NCBI GenBank assembly: GCA_023475035.1
Contig: JAMCXF010000008.1
Span: 2,643 to 37,089 of the forward strand
Direction of reading: 5' to 3'
Source of the DNA: Candidatus Pacearchaeota archaeon
GTDB taxonomy: Archaea > Nanobdellota > Nanobdellia > Pacearchaeales > GW2011-AR1
DNA: 34,447 nt
Part shown: piece after piece, positions 26,946-34,447 of the stretch
How positions within the stretch are numbered: position 1 is the first letter of the stretch
How the letters are laid out: every line of letters starts with the position of its first letter
The notes under the pieces: generated by a model
Databases searched by the model: none
What the model was told of the DNA's origin: nothing
What the model saw: only the letters and a program-made list of their open reading frames with translations
Position numbers and translations under genes: made by a program

Positions 26946-27527
26946 ATGGGAAAATACAAAAGCCCTCGAGAAAGAGCAATTCAAGCAAGTCGGGTTAGGA
27001 AAATCGACCATTTTACTGACATGATAAAAAATATCGAGAGACAAGTTGAATATAAGAAAAGAACTTGTGACGCTATCCTATTGCAATTTGACAGACCTTT
27101 AATCTATGATTTGTTTATTCCTCCTCCAGAAAATATTTATTCTTTTATGTTTGTTGCAGGAGAAACAATCTCTGGAAAAAAAATAACTCTCCCTGAATTT
27201 TGGGAGATTATGGACGAAGAGGATTTGTATGGAAGTTTTCTTACAGAAAATCATTTTTCTAAATTATCTAAAAAAGTTTCTGAAGGGATTATTCATCTCT
27301 GGGATGCAAAAGATGGCTTTTCTTTGAGAGAGTATTTAAAACAAAAAAATATTTTTGCTAATGAATGGGTTGATAATTATGGAAGCTTATATCGATTCAG
27401 AGACGGAGAAAGGGAAAAAGCAGAACAAAGAGTTAAAGGACATTTTAATGAAAAAGAATTATCTGATTTTGATAAAATTGGTGAAGTAATTCATACATAT
27501 ACTGAACATTTTTTTCTTGACAGCTAA
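26946..27527 (+). CDS. Hypothetical protein
   Basis: 193-aa ORF with TTTATAAA 21 nt upstream; no recognised motif. Confidence 0.75.
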   Translation: MGKYKSPRERAIQASRVRKIDHFTDMIKNIERQVEYKKRTCDAILLQFDRPLIYDLFIPPPENIYSFMFVAGETISGKKITLPEFWEIMDEEDLYGSFLTENHFSKLSKKVSEGIIHLWDAKDGFSLREYLKQKNIFANEWVDNYGSLYRFRDGEREKAEQRVKGHFNEKELSDFDKIGEVIHTYTEHFFLDS

Positions 27528-27533
27528 AGAAAA

Positions 27534-28145
27534 TTAAATCTCAAAAATTTTTTCCTTTCTTGACACGTTAATTACTTTCGTTTTTCCAATGTTTTCTTCT
27601 GTTCCGCCAGCTTCGTGAATATGGCTGAAAATCGCAAAATCGGGCTTATATTTTTCTATTGCATCTCTTATGCTTCTGCTTCCCTTGAATCCTGAAAATT
27701 CAGACTTGCTTCCTGCTGGATGCATGTGAGTTACAAGAATTTTTTTGTCAATATTTTTCACTCTGCTGTGCGCTTTACCAATTACTTTCTTGAACACTCT
27801 TTCATTCATCGGATCAATTCCTAAATCTGCTCCGCCTGCGCCAAAAATACCGACATCATTTATTATCATGCTATATCCATGAATATTTTTTGTGTCTGGA
27901 TACATTTCAGAAAGAAAATCTGCAGTTGCAATTCCTTCGTGATTTCCGTGAACCAGCAATACTTGTTTTTTTGCTTTGATAAAAGGACCAATTAAATTTT
28001 TTGTTGACATATCTGCAAAAGTCAGATCTCCTGCGAGAATAACCAAATCAACGTTTTCCTTGACAGCTTTTTCAGCGAGGCGTTTTACTAATCCTGTGTC
28101 TCCGTGAATGTCGCCGACTGCAAGAATTTTTGTTTTCTTGTGCAT
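27534..28145 (-). CDS. Calcineurin-like metallophosphoesterase
   Basis: DIHG, AGD, GNHE, VTH and HIHE motifs. Confidence 0.95.
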   Translation of the reverse strand: MHKKTKILAVGDIHGDTGLVKRLAEKAVKENVDLVILAGDLTFADMSTKNLIGPFIKAKKQVLLVHGNHEGIATADFLSEMYPDTKNIHGYSMIINDVGIFGAGGADLGIDPMNERVFKKVIGKAHSRVKNIDKKILVTHMHPAGSKSEFSGFKGSRSIRDAIEKYKPDFAIFSHIHEAGGTEENIGKTKVINVSRKEKIFEI

Positions 28146-28261
28146 AAAATTATCAGTAAAGATTTGTTAATAAATTTGTTGCTCGTTTTTATTTTTAAAT
28201 ATATATTTCAATATCTATGATACAAAAGGTTTAAAAGTGAACTACTATCTGAATATATACA

Positions 28262-28528
28262 ATGAAGGACAACTTTGATATCTTTTTCAGACGGAAGCCT
28301 GCTCTGATGCTGGTTTCTTTGAAGAAGAACACAAGGATGAGGTACGGAAGCATTTTGGCAAAAGAAGTGGATTGCACTTACAGCCATGCTGTAAAAATTT
28401 TACAGACGCTTGAAGACCTTAAGTTAGTTGCTTTTGAAAAAAAGGGGCGAATAAAGGTGATACAACTAACAAAGAAAGGGAAAGAAGTTGCTGACGCTAT
28501 AGAGAATATTCAGCGGCTTATTAAGTAA
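28262..28528 (+). CDS. Winged-helix (MarR/ArsR-like) DNA-binding protein
   Basis: LAKEVDCTYSHAVKILQTLE...EKKGR...LTKKG. Confidence 0.88.
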   Translation: MKDNFDIFFRRKPALMLVSLKKNTRMRYGSILAKEVDCTYSHAVKILQTLEDLKLVAFEKKGRIKVIQLTKKGKEVADAIENIQRLIK

Positions 28529-28624
28529 TTCCTAACTCAGCCCCAAAATTGAAATAGAATAAAGAAAGGGATTAAAGAAAATTATCTTCGGAGAATTTAA
28601 ATATCTCTTTTATTTTTAATAAGA

Positions 28625-28648
28625 ATGGATATTGATAATGGTGATTAA
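28625..28648 (+). other. Leaderless 7-codon uORF (MDIDNGD) with a TAATG overlap into the next gene
   Basis: The ATG lies exactly 21 nt after TTTAAATA (28596-28603); the stop shares one base with ATG 28648; an internal GGTGA is SD-like. Confidence 0.45.
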
Positions 28649-28842
28649 TGGTTCTGCAATACAAATTAAAAAGTGAAACGAGGTGGAAAAAATATCCTGG
28701 AAAATCTAAATTAAAATATGCTGTTTCTAAATATGATTTTAGATTATTGAATGAAGCAAAGACAAAAGTTCTTGTTCCAAAATCTAATTATGCAAAAGTC
28801 ATGAAAAGATTCAGGCAAATTGAATTTTTTAAACGACGCTGA
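28648..28842 (+). CDS. Small highly basic hypothetical protein (64 aa)
   Basis: Lys/Arg- and aromatic-rich; GGTGA upstream; its stop abuts the convergent gene. Confidence 0.75.
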   Translation: MVLQYKLKSETRWKKYPGKSKLKYAVSKYDFRLLNEAKTKVLVPKSNYAKVMKRFRQIEFFKRR

Positions 28843-29124
28843 TTAAAATTTCCCTGATTTTTTTCTTTCAAATTTTTTCCAGGCAGAAGCAACGCTTTTT
28901 GCTCTTCTCTGAAGCCTTCCGAGAATTGATTTTCTGATGTCAACAGCTTTTACAACTCTCTTTTTTCCGAAAAAGTCAATTACGCCGTTTCCAACTTCTT
29001 TCACAAGGTCTTCAACTTTCGCTGATGAAAAACCTGCTTCTTTTGCAGCACCTTTAATTGCACTTTTTATTTTTGAAGGCATAAAAGTCTGCTTTCTTCC
29101 GCCTCTTTTTATGACGTGTGTCAT
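28843..29124 (-). CDS. Stand-alone ATP-cone domain protein
   Basis: VIKRGGRKQTFMPSKIKSAIKGAA matches the ATP-cone N-terminal consensus (ViKRdG..e.F...KI..ai..A). Confidence 0.88.
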   Translation of the reverse strand: MTHVIKRGGRKQTFMPSKIKSAIKGAAKEAGFSSAKVEDLVKEVGNGVIDFFGKKRVVKAVDIRKSILGRLQRRAKSVASAWKKFERKKSGKF

Positions 29125-29164
29125 ATTAACATATGCTTTATGAAATATATAAATTTATTGAAAA

Positions 29165-29229
29165 ATGGCCCCGAAGTCAAAACAGGAAGTTTTTCATTCG
29201 GTTCCACTCAATACTTTATGGCCCCGAAG
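29165..29229. repeat. 12-bp direct repeat duplicating the tRNA-Lys 3' end
   Basis: ATGGCCCCGAAG at 29165-29176 and 29218-29229. Confidence 0.8.
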
Positions 29230-29293
29230 GGATTTGAACCCTCGACACCCAGATTAAGAGTCTGGTGCTCTAACCAGGCTGAGCTACGGAGCC
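29219..29293 (-). tRNA. tRNA-Lys(CTT)
   Basis: GGCTCCGTAGCTCAGCCTGGTTAGAGCACCAGACTCTTAATCTGGGTGTCGAGGGTTCAAATCCCTTCGGGGCCA; anticodon loop CTCTTAA. Confidence 0.97.
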
Positions 29294-29330
29294 ATAAATA
29301 GTTATTAGAAAAAGAGATTAAAAAGTTTAC

Positions 29331-29564
29331 TTATTTTGCAATTCCGTCTTTATCTTCCCTAAAAACTTGGTAATGAGGGCAGTTTATTTTTATGCAATGT
29401 TTTTCTGAATTTCTTCCAAGAATTCCGCGATGAAATCCGCAATCACAAAAAGAAATATATTTACCTATTTTGTCTCTTCGAGGGATATAAGAAAAAACTT
29501 TTACATCATTTTCTATTAAAATGACTTCGCATTTGCATTCAAGGTTAGATTCCCTGTCAGGCAT
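29331..29564 (-). CDS. Small Cys/His-rich hypothetical protein
   Basis: FCDCGFHRG...HCIKINCPHY; TATA-like element about 20 nt upstream. Confidence 0.7.
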   Translation of the reverse strand: MPDRESNLECKCEVILIENDVKVFSYIPRRDKIGKYISFCDCGFHRGILGRNSEKHCIKINCPHYQVFREDKDGIAK

Positions 29565-29616
29565 ATTTTATCTTAGAATGAGGATATAAAAGAATTATGT
29601 TATACAATTATCTATA

Positions 29617-29925
29617 TTATCTATACTCTCGCCAAGTAAATTCGCACTTCGTACATTTGAAAAATTTTGTTTCTGCCTCATCGCCAGAACGAGTTTGTGC
29701 TGTCCAGAAGTATGCTTTGTCATTACCACATTTTTTACATTTTCCGACGATAATAGGGAAAGTTTCCATTTCCTTTTTTATCACTTCAAGTTCTTCGGGT
29801 TTTTCTTCAATTTTTTCAGATGAAATTATCTTTATTTTTCCTTTTGAGCTATAGCTACATCTTGGACATGCTTCCTTTTCCTTTTTCTGAAATAAAACTG
29901 CTCCGCATTTGGGACAAAAATCCAT
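29617..29925 (-). CDS. tfs: Transcription elongation factor TFS (RpoM/TFIIS-like)
   Basis: FCPKCG...CPRC and CKKCGN...QTRSGDEAETKFFKCTKC with the intact catalytic DE pair; SD AGGAG. Confidence 0.96.
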   Translation of the reverse strand: MDFCPKCGAVLFQKKEKEACPRCSYSSKGKIKIISSEKIEEKPEELEVIKKEMETFPIIVGKCKKCGNDKAYFWTAQTRSGDEAETKFFKCTKCEFTWREYR

Positions 29926-29981
29926 TTTTTCTCCTAACCTCTATTTCCTTAACTTTAAGTTATCTCGTTTAAAAACTTTTC

Positions 29982-30647
29982 TTAATTTTCTTTGCAAAAT
30001 CCTCTTTCTGATTCCTGGCGTGAAGCCTCAAAAAATATTAGTTTTATCCAGCCAAACCAGGGGACTACTCTGAATGCAGCTTTTCCTACTAATTGTTCGG
30101 CAGTTATTTTTCTTTCATCAATGCCTGCGGGATTATTATCTGGTGTTAGCATCTTTGCGTTATTGTCCCCGATGGTAGTAAATATTTTTTCACCGTTTTC
30201 TTCTTTTATCTCTATTATTCTATGTATCACAGGAGTTTCTTTGCTTCCCGAATCAAATAAAATTATATCGCCGACTTTAAGCGTTTCTGGGTCTGCCTTT
30301 ATGATAAATAATATATCTCCTTTGTCAAATCCTTTCCTTAATGTGAATTTTTCAAAAGACTCTTTTGTTATATTTAATGGAAAATATTTTGTTTCGTGTC
30401 TTGTGAACCAATCGTCAAAATTTGAGAAAACATTTCCTTCGTGATACATACTGCATGACTCAACAATTGCCAGCGGCAAAGAACTTCCTGTTGCAAAACT
30501 AAGAAACGGGAAAAAAATAAATTTTATAAAAACAAAAAGAAAAATCAGGGAAAAAATCCATCCTTTCAGGCTGTCATCTTTCCATAAAATAAACCAGAAT
30601 TTCTTGAAACCTGATTTTATTTTTTCTCCTGCTTTTTTTAAATTCAT
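29982..30647 (-). CDS. Signal peptidase I (Sec11/S26 family)
   Basis: TM helix, VESCSMYH (Ser), KGD, LKVGDII, VIHRI (His), GDNN. Confidence 0.92.
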   Translation of the reverse strand: MNLKKAGEKIKSGFKKFWFILWKDDSLKGWIFSLIFLFVFIKFIFFPFLSFATGSSLPLAIVESCSMYHEGNVFSNFDDWFTRHETKYFPLNITKESFEKFTLRKGFDKGDILFIIKADPETLKVGDIILFDSGSKETPVIHRIIEIKEENGEKIFTTIGDNNAKMLTPDNNPAGIDERKITAEQLVGKAAFRVVPWFGWIKLIFFEASRQESERGFCKEN

Positions 30648-30740
30648 CAGAATAATTAGAGAAAGAGATTTTTAAAATGTATGATATAATATATTTTCTA
30701 TTGAATGAATGTTTAAATATAATTCTTTAGTTGAGTTCTG

Positions 30741-32165
30741 ATGAGGAAAATAGAAGTCCCTAAAGGAACTTTTGAAAATTCTTTAAATCTTGATTCTGTC
30801 AGACATTTTCCTTCTATTGAATGTTTAGACAAAGAACAAAAAAAAGAGTTAAAAAAAAGAATCGATGACATTATTGACTTTCATTCAAAATCAAAACTTG
30901 CTTATCAGGCAGTTAACTTTTCTGCCGAATGGCTTTTAGATAATGGTTTTGAAGAGAGAGATTTGTTTGATGATTCTATTCAAGAAAGTAAAAAATATTT
31001 TTATCGTGATCCTTGGAAAAAATCAAGTTTAATTGCTGTTCATGAAGGAAAAAAGGCAATCACTGAAGGTTTTCATCTTATAAATTCTCATGCTGATTCT
31101 CCTTGCCTAAAAGTCAAACCTCGTCCTTTAAGAATTGAAACTGATGAAGACAAACTTTATGATACTCTTGGCATTAAATTATCAACGATTCCTCATGGAG
31201 GGATAGTAGTCCCATATTGGATAGGACAACCTGTCGAGATTATTGGCTATACTATTGATAAAAATAATTCCAGAAGAGAAATAAACTTTAAGGGGGTTAT
31301 CGGAGTAAATTCTGCTCATGTAGATATTTCCGAATATGAAGATGTCACTACTGCTTTTTCTCCCGAAAAATCTTTGGAAATAATAATTGGTTACTCTGAT
31401 AAAAAATCTTTTTTGAAGCATTTGAAATTTGAAAGCATTGATGATTTTGCAAACACGCATCTTTGGGCTGTGCCTGTAAATAAAATGTTTACTATTGATG
31501 ATTGTAATCAGAATCTTCTTGTAGGATACGGACATGACGACAGAACCAGTGTTTTTTCTACTATAGATGCACTTATCAAAACGAAAAATCCTGAATACAG
31601 CGCCATTGCCTGGATTAGTGATAATGAAGAAATTTTTGACCCTGCTCCTGTTGGAACTGAGGGTCCTCTTTTTTATATGTTTTTAGAAAATTTTCTTAAC
31701 AGACAAGAAAAAATTGAACAAAGAAAAATTTCTGACTTGGAAAAATATAAGTTATATACAAATTCAAAAATGATAGTCGGCGATGTGAGCGTTGCTTCAT
31801 ATGGGCACGATTTTGAAGAAATGGATTCTAAAAGTTCTGCAAAAATCGGGCTTGGTGCTGTTATTGAAGGCGGCGATATTCAGGGGAACGATCCACATTT
31901 TGTAAGATATTTAAGAAATCTTGTTTCTAACAAAAATTCTGAAAAAGGGATTTGTCATCAAATATGCGGGCAATTTTATCATCAAGACATGATGGAATTA
32001 TGGGGGAGTAATGAAAGTGATCATAAGAGATTAGTATCAAAAGGAATTCCTGAAATTTGGGTCGGTATGCCCTGCGCTTCTTTGCATAGTCCTGTTGAAA
32101 TAATTTGTCCTGGAGATGAATATGCTACTTCTGAACTTTATAGAAGATTTTTTGAATCTAAATAA
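30741..32165 (+). CDS. M18 family aminopeptidase (aspartyl aminopeptidase-like)
   Basis: Metal-ligand motifs SHADSP, GHDDR, DNEEI, VGDV and LHSP. Confidence 0.9.
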   Translation: MRKIEVPKGTFENSLNLDSVRHFPSIECLDKEQKKELKKRIDDIIDFHSKSKLAYQAVNFSAEWLLDNGFEERDLFDDSIQESKKYFYRDPWKKSSLIAVHEGKKAITEGFHLINSHADSPCLKVKPRPLRIETDEDKLYDTLGIKLSTIPHGGIVVPYWIGQPVEIIGYTIDKNNSRREINFKGVIGVNSAHVDISEYEDVTTAFSPEKSLEIIIGYSDKKSFLKHLKFESIDDFANTHLWAVPVNKMFTIDDCNQNLLVGYGHDDRTSVFSTIDALIKTKNPEYSAIAWISDNEEIFDPAPVGTEGPLFYMFLENFLNRQEKIEQRKISDLEKYKLYTNSKMIVGDVSVASYGHDFEEMDSKSSAKIGLGAVIEGGDIQGNDPHFVRYLRNLVSNKNSEKGICHQICGQFYHQDMMELWGSNESDHKRLVSKGIPEIWVGMPCASLHSPVEIICPGDEYATSELYRRFFESK

Positions 32166-32195
32166 TTTTATAAATCTCTTCAGCGTTAATTTATA

Positions 32196-32633
32196 ATGGT
32201 AGAAATGGGACCGATAACTTTGGCTATGCTAAAGCAACATGCAATTGTAAACAAGATACTTCTTGATTTTGAAAAAATTCCTAAAAATGACACTTACTAC
32301 ATTGAGAAGTTTAATTTGTTCAAATGGAATTTAAACAAGCATGTTTTTGTTGAAGAAGAAAATATTTTTCCTGTTACTGATAAGAACAATAAAGTTGAAA
32401 TGAAACAACTTCAAAATCTTCTGAAAGACCACAAAGACATAAAGGGAATCATAAGAAATATGGAAGATGAAATTTCCGACGGCAAAAAACCAAACACGAT
32501 GTTTTTGAGAGAACTTTTATTTTCTCATGAGGGGCGGGAAATAAAAAGTTTTTATCCTCTTCTTGATTTGAGACTTTCTCCAGCGAGAAAAAGAATGATT
32601 CTTAATCAAATAAGCGAAGTGAAACTTCGTTAG
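32196..32633 (+). CDS. Hemerythrin-like (HHE) domain protein
   Basis: QH...KHVFVEEENIFP...DH...HEGREIKSFYP, a duplicated H...HxxxE pattern. Confidence 0.88.
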   Translation: MVEMGPITLAMLKQHAIVNKILLDFEKIPKNDTYYIEKFNLFKWNLNKHVFVEEENIFPVTDKNNKVEMKQLQNLLKDHKDIKGIIRNMEDEISDGKKPNTMFLRELLFSHEGREIKSFYPLLDLRLSPARKRMILNQISEVKLR

Positions 32634-33211
32634 TAGTTTCTAACTTCCCATATTATTGTGTTTCTATTTTGTAAATCTCCGACGCAAATATCATAAGCGC
32701 TAAATTCTATAATTGAGTCGGGAAAGATGTCAAACAATAATTCCAAGTCTCCATAACTTGAATCAAATAAATTTCTTTTCACCAAAAGCAATGCATTTAT
32801 TCCTTCCTGATACAAGGTTTCTTTTGCCAATGCGTAATTCATTGGTTCTTTAACTGTTGTATATGTTAATGAATAATTTTTCAAACTTCTCATTATTTCT
32901 CCCTGAATCATTAAATGTTCATTCGGCATTGATTGATTAAAAGTCAAATCTTTTTCTGAAACGCCCTCTTTCCCTATTTGTTTGATATAGTCAATTGTTT
33001 CATTAAACGATAAATCAAATCTTGCTCTGCTTCGTGCGATTCCTCTTTTTCCACGAATACATATACCTCCTTTCCATTTGCTTTGTTTTATTTCATCTAC
33101 TGAATTCCATGTCAATGGTTTATTTCCAAAAAAATTATTTTCGTAAAGAGTATAATATTCTTTTTTTGAATCAACTCTTCCCTTTTTTATTATTTCATTA
33201 AGTTCTTTCAT
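32630..33211 (-). CDS. Hypothetical protein, possible divergent ATP-grasp fold
   Basis: Start moved to ATG 33211 (CTTATAAA 21 nt upstream). C-terminal PDSIIEFSAY...TIIWEVR resembles the DIEWA...LYIVQAR end of PEP-synthase-type ATP-grasp domains. Confidence 0.7.
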   Translation of the reverse strand: MKELNEIIKKGRVDSKKEYYTLYENNFFGNKPLTWNSVDEIKQSKWKGGICIRGKRGIARSRARFDLSFNETIDYIKQIGKEGVSEKDLTFNQSMPNEHLMIQGEIMRSLKNYSLTYTTVKEPMNYALAKETLYQEGINALLLVKRNLFDSSYGDLELLFDIFPDSIIEFSAYDICVGDLQNRNTIIWEVRNY

Positions 33212-33290
33212 ACACTTTAAAAAATAAAATATTTTATAAGAATTTATATACAAACTATCACAGAAATATTTAAATAGTATATCTCATCTG

Positions 33291-33310
33291 TGTATACAGT
33301 ATGTATATAC
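33291..33310. promoter_or_regulatory. Putative operator overlapping the predicted transcription start
   Basis: TGTATACA-GTAT-GTATATAC, also readable as TATACA-N3-TGTATA, downstream of TTTAAATA (33269-33276). Confidence 0.6.
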
Positions 33311-33323
33311 GTTAACCCCTTTC

Positions 33324-33353
33324 AACCAGCCGCGTCATTTGATGCGGCGGGTT
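33324..33353 (+). promoter_or_regulatory. GC-rich 5'-UTR hairpin
   Basis: AACC-A-GCCGCGTCA-TT-TGATGCGGC-G-GGTT, ending 11 nt before ATG 33365; conspicuous in AT-rich DNA. Confidence 0.7.
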
Positions 33354-33364
33354 TTATATTCACA

Positions 33365-33733
33365 ATGACAGACATTTTTGACAATACTATATTATGCAGG
33401 AAATGCAACACAAAAATGCAGAAAGCAAAAATTGCTAAAAATGGATTTTTGTTCAGGGCAGTAATTTGCCCGAAATGCAATGAAAAAATAATTCATCCTG
33501 CAGACGAGCAGGAGTATCATAAATTCGTAAACTTGAAAAACAAGGAATTTCACGTTAAAATGAGATTAGTGGGAAACAGCTACGCTGTTTCAATACCAAA
33601 AGAAATTGTTTCATTCATGAAAGAACAGGAAAAAATAATGGACGACATGGTAAGATTATGCTTTGAAGACATGGGAAAATTAAGTTTGAATTTCAAAGAA
33701 GAAGATAAATTACATAAAAAAATTGAAGAATAA
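33365..33733 (+). CDS. Zinc ribbon plus AbrB/MazE/SpoVT-type DNA-binding protein
   Basis: CRKC...CPKC followed by KMRLVGNSYAVSIPKEI (AbrB signature); start moved to ATG 33365. Confidence 0.87.
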   Translation: MTDIFDNTILCRKCNTKMQKAKIAKNGFLFRAVICPKCNEKIIHPADEQEYHKFVNLKNKEFHVKMRLVGNSYAVSIPKEIVSFMKEQEKIMDDMVRLCFEDMGKLSLNFKEEDKLHKKIEE

Positions 33734-33734
33734 A

Positions 33735-34447
33735 ATGGCCAAAGAAAAACAAGTTCAATTAAAAGTTGTTGAAGCATTGCAGGATGATGCATACAAAGGT
33801 ATCGCGAGAATTGATTCTGAAATAATGAGGGAACTTAACATTCGAAGAGGAGATATAATTTTAATCAAGGGAAACAGGGAAACTGTTGCAATTGCTGACA
33901 GAGCTTATCCTGCTGACATGGGAGAAGGAATAATAAGAATCGACGGAATTCTTAGAAAAAACTCCAAGACTGGAATCGGAGATGTTGTCACAGTTACAAA
34001 AGCTGACGTTAAAGAAGCAAAAAAAGTTGTAATTGCTCCTGCTCAAAAAGGAATAATGATTCAGGCAGATTCTGATGGACTGAGAAGAGGACTGTTGGGA
34101 AGAGCAGTTTTGAAAGGAGATATTGTTGTTCTCGGAGGAGTTCAAAGAAGAAGAGATGTAATGTCAGAAGAATTTGGTGATATGGATGATGTTTTTGGAA
34201 ACCTCGGAGATATCTTGGGGGGAATGGGATTTGGGCAATTTGGCGGAGGAGTTACTCAGATAAAATTCATGATTATTTCTGCAAATCCTAACCAGCCTGT
34301 TATAATCACAGAAAACACAGAAGTTAGTTTAAGTCCGAAAGCAGTTGAACTTAGCGACGAAAAAATTCCTGAAATTACTTATGAAGACATCGGAGGACTT
34401 ACTGATGAAATTAAAAAAATCAGAGAACTTGTTGAAATTCCTTTGAA
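33735..34447 (+). CDS. cdc48: CDC48/VCP (VAT) AAA+ ATPase, 5' part, truncated by the window end
   Basis: Not in the ORF track. MAKEKQVQLKVVEALQDDAYKGIARID...IIRIDGILRKN...ITYEDIGGLTDEIKKIRELVEIPL. Confidence 0.97.
   Translation, partial: MAKEKQVQLKVVEALQDDAYKGIARIDSEIMRELNIRRGDIILIKGNRETVAIADRAYPADMGEGIIRIDGILRKNSKTGIGDVVTVTKADVKEAKKVVIAPAQKGIMIQADSDGLRRGLLGRAVLKGDIVVLGGVQRRRDVMSEEFGDMDDVFGNLGDILGGMGFGQFGGGVTQIKFMIISANPNQPVIITENTEVSLSPKAVELSDEKIPEITYEDIGGLTDEIKKIRELVEIPL

Noticed and set aside
28197-28208. Palindrome AAATATATATTT as an operator for the winged-helix gene
   Set aside because: Pure AT and low complexity, expected by chance here.
33290-33364. GTG-initiated N-terminal extension of the AbrB-type protein
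   Set aside because: The region is better explained as operator and hairpin leader; ATG 33365 precedes the zinc ribbon.
33861-34145. 94-aa minus-strand ORF
   Set aside because: It is antisense to cdc48.
1-34447. CRISPR array, DGR, provirus, IS element or alternative genetic code
   Set aside because: No repeat-spacer array, reverse transcriptase, integrase, transposase or capsid gene was seen. Conserved genes are intact under the standard code, and TAA, TGA and TAG all serve as stops.

Overview
AT-rich, very compact archaeal contig. Gene content and divergence suggest a DPANN lineage, probably Pacearchaeota/Woesearchaeota-like (inference). It begins with 15 nt of Illumina adapter and ends inside cdc48. 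Most genes are housekeeping: aIF1A, aIF2-beta, a KH protein, MCM, an RPA32-like subunit, UppS, a split MetRS, MinD, NAC, Sec61-beta, ValRS, aRF1, ScpB, RpoL, RadB, NreA, TopA, TFS, signal peptidase I and CDC48. There are four intron-less tRNAs (Asn-GTT, Ile-GAT, Gly-CCC, Lys-CTT) and about a dozen orphan or accessory genes. No rRNA, CRISPR, transposase or integrase was seen. The most interesting signals are absent from the ORF track. (1) A Shine-Dalgarno-led two-gene operon encodes a zinc-ribbon mini-protein and a zinc-less CC1-like putative chromatin protein. (2) About two dozen genes have a TATA-like 8-mer exactly 21 nt before the ATG, implying leaderless mRNAs, including one bidirectional TATA box. 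(3) Three mini-ORFs overlap the start codons of leadered genes. (4) A Zn-ribbon/AbrB regulator with a palindromic operator and 5'-UTR hairpin heads cdc48. (5) Convergent genes meet with no intergenic space. (6) tRNA 3' ends are duplicated just downstream of two tRNAs. All family assignments come from motif recognition; no database searches were run.
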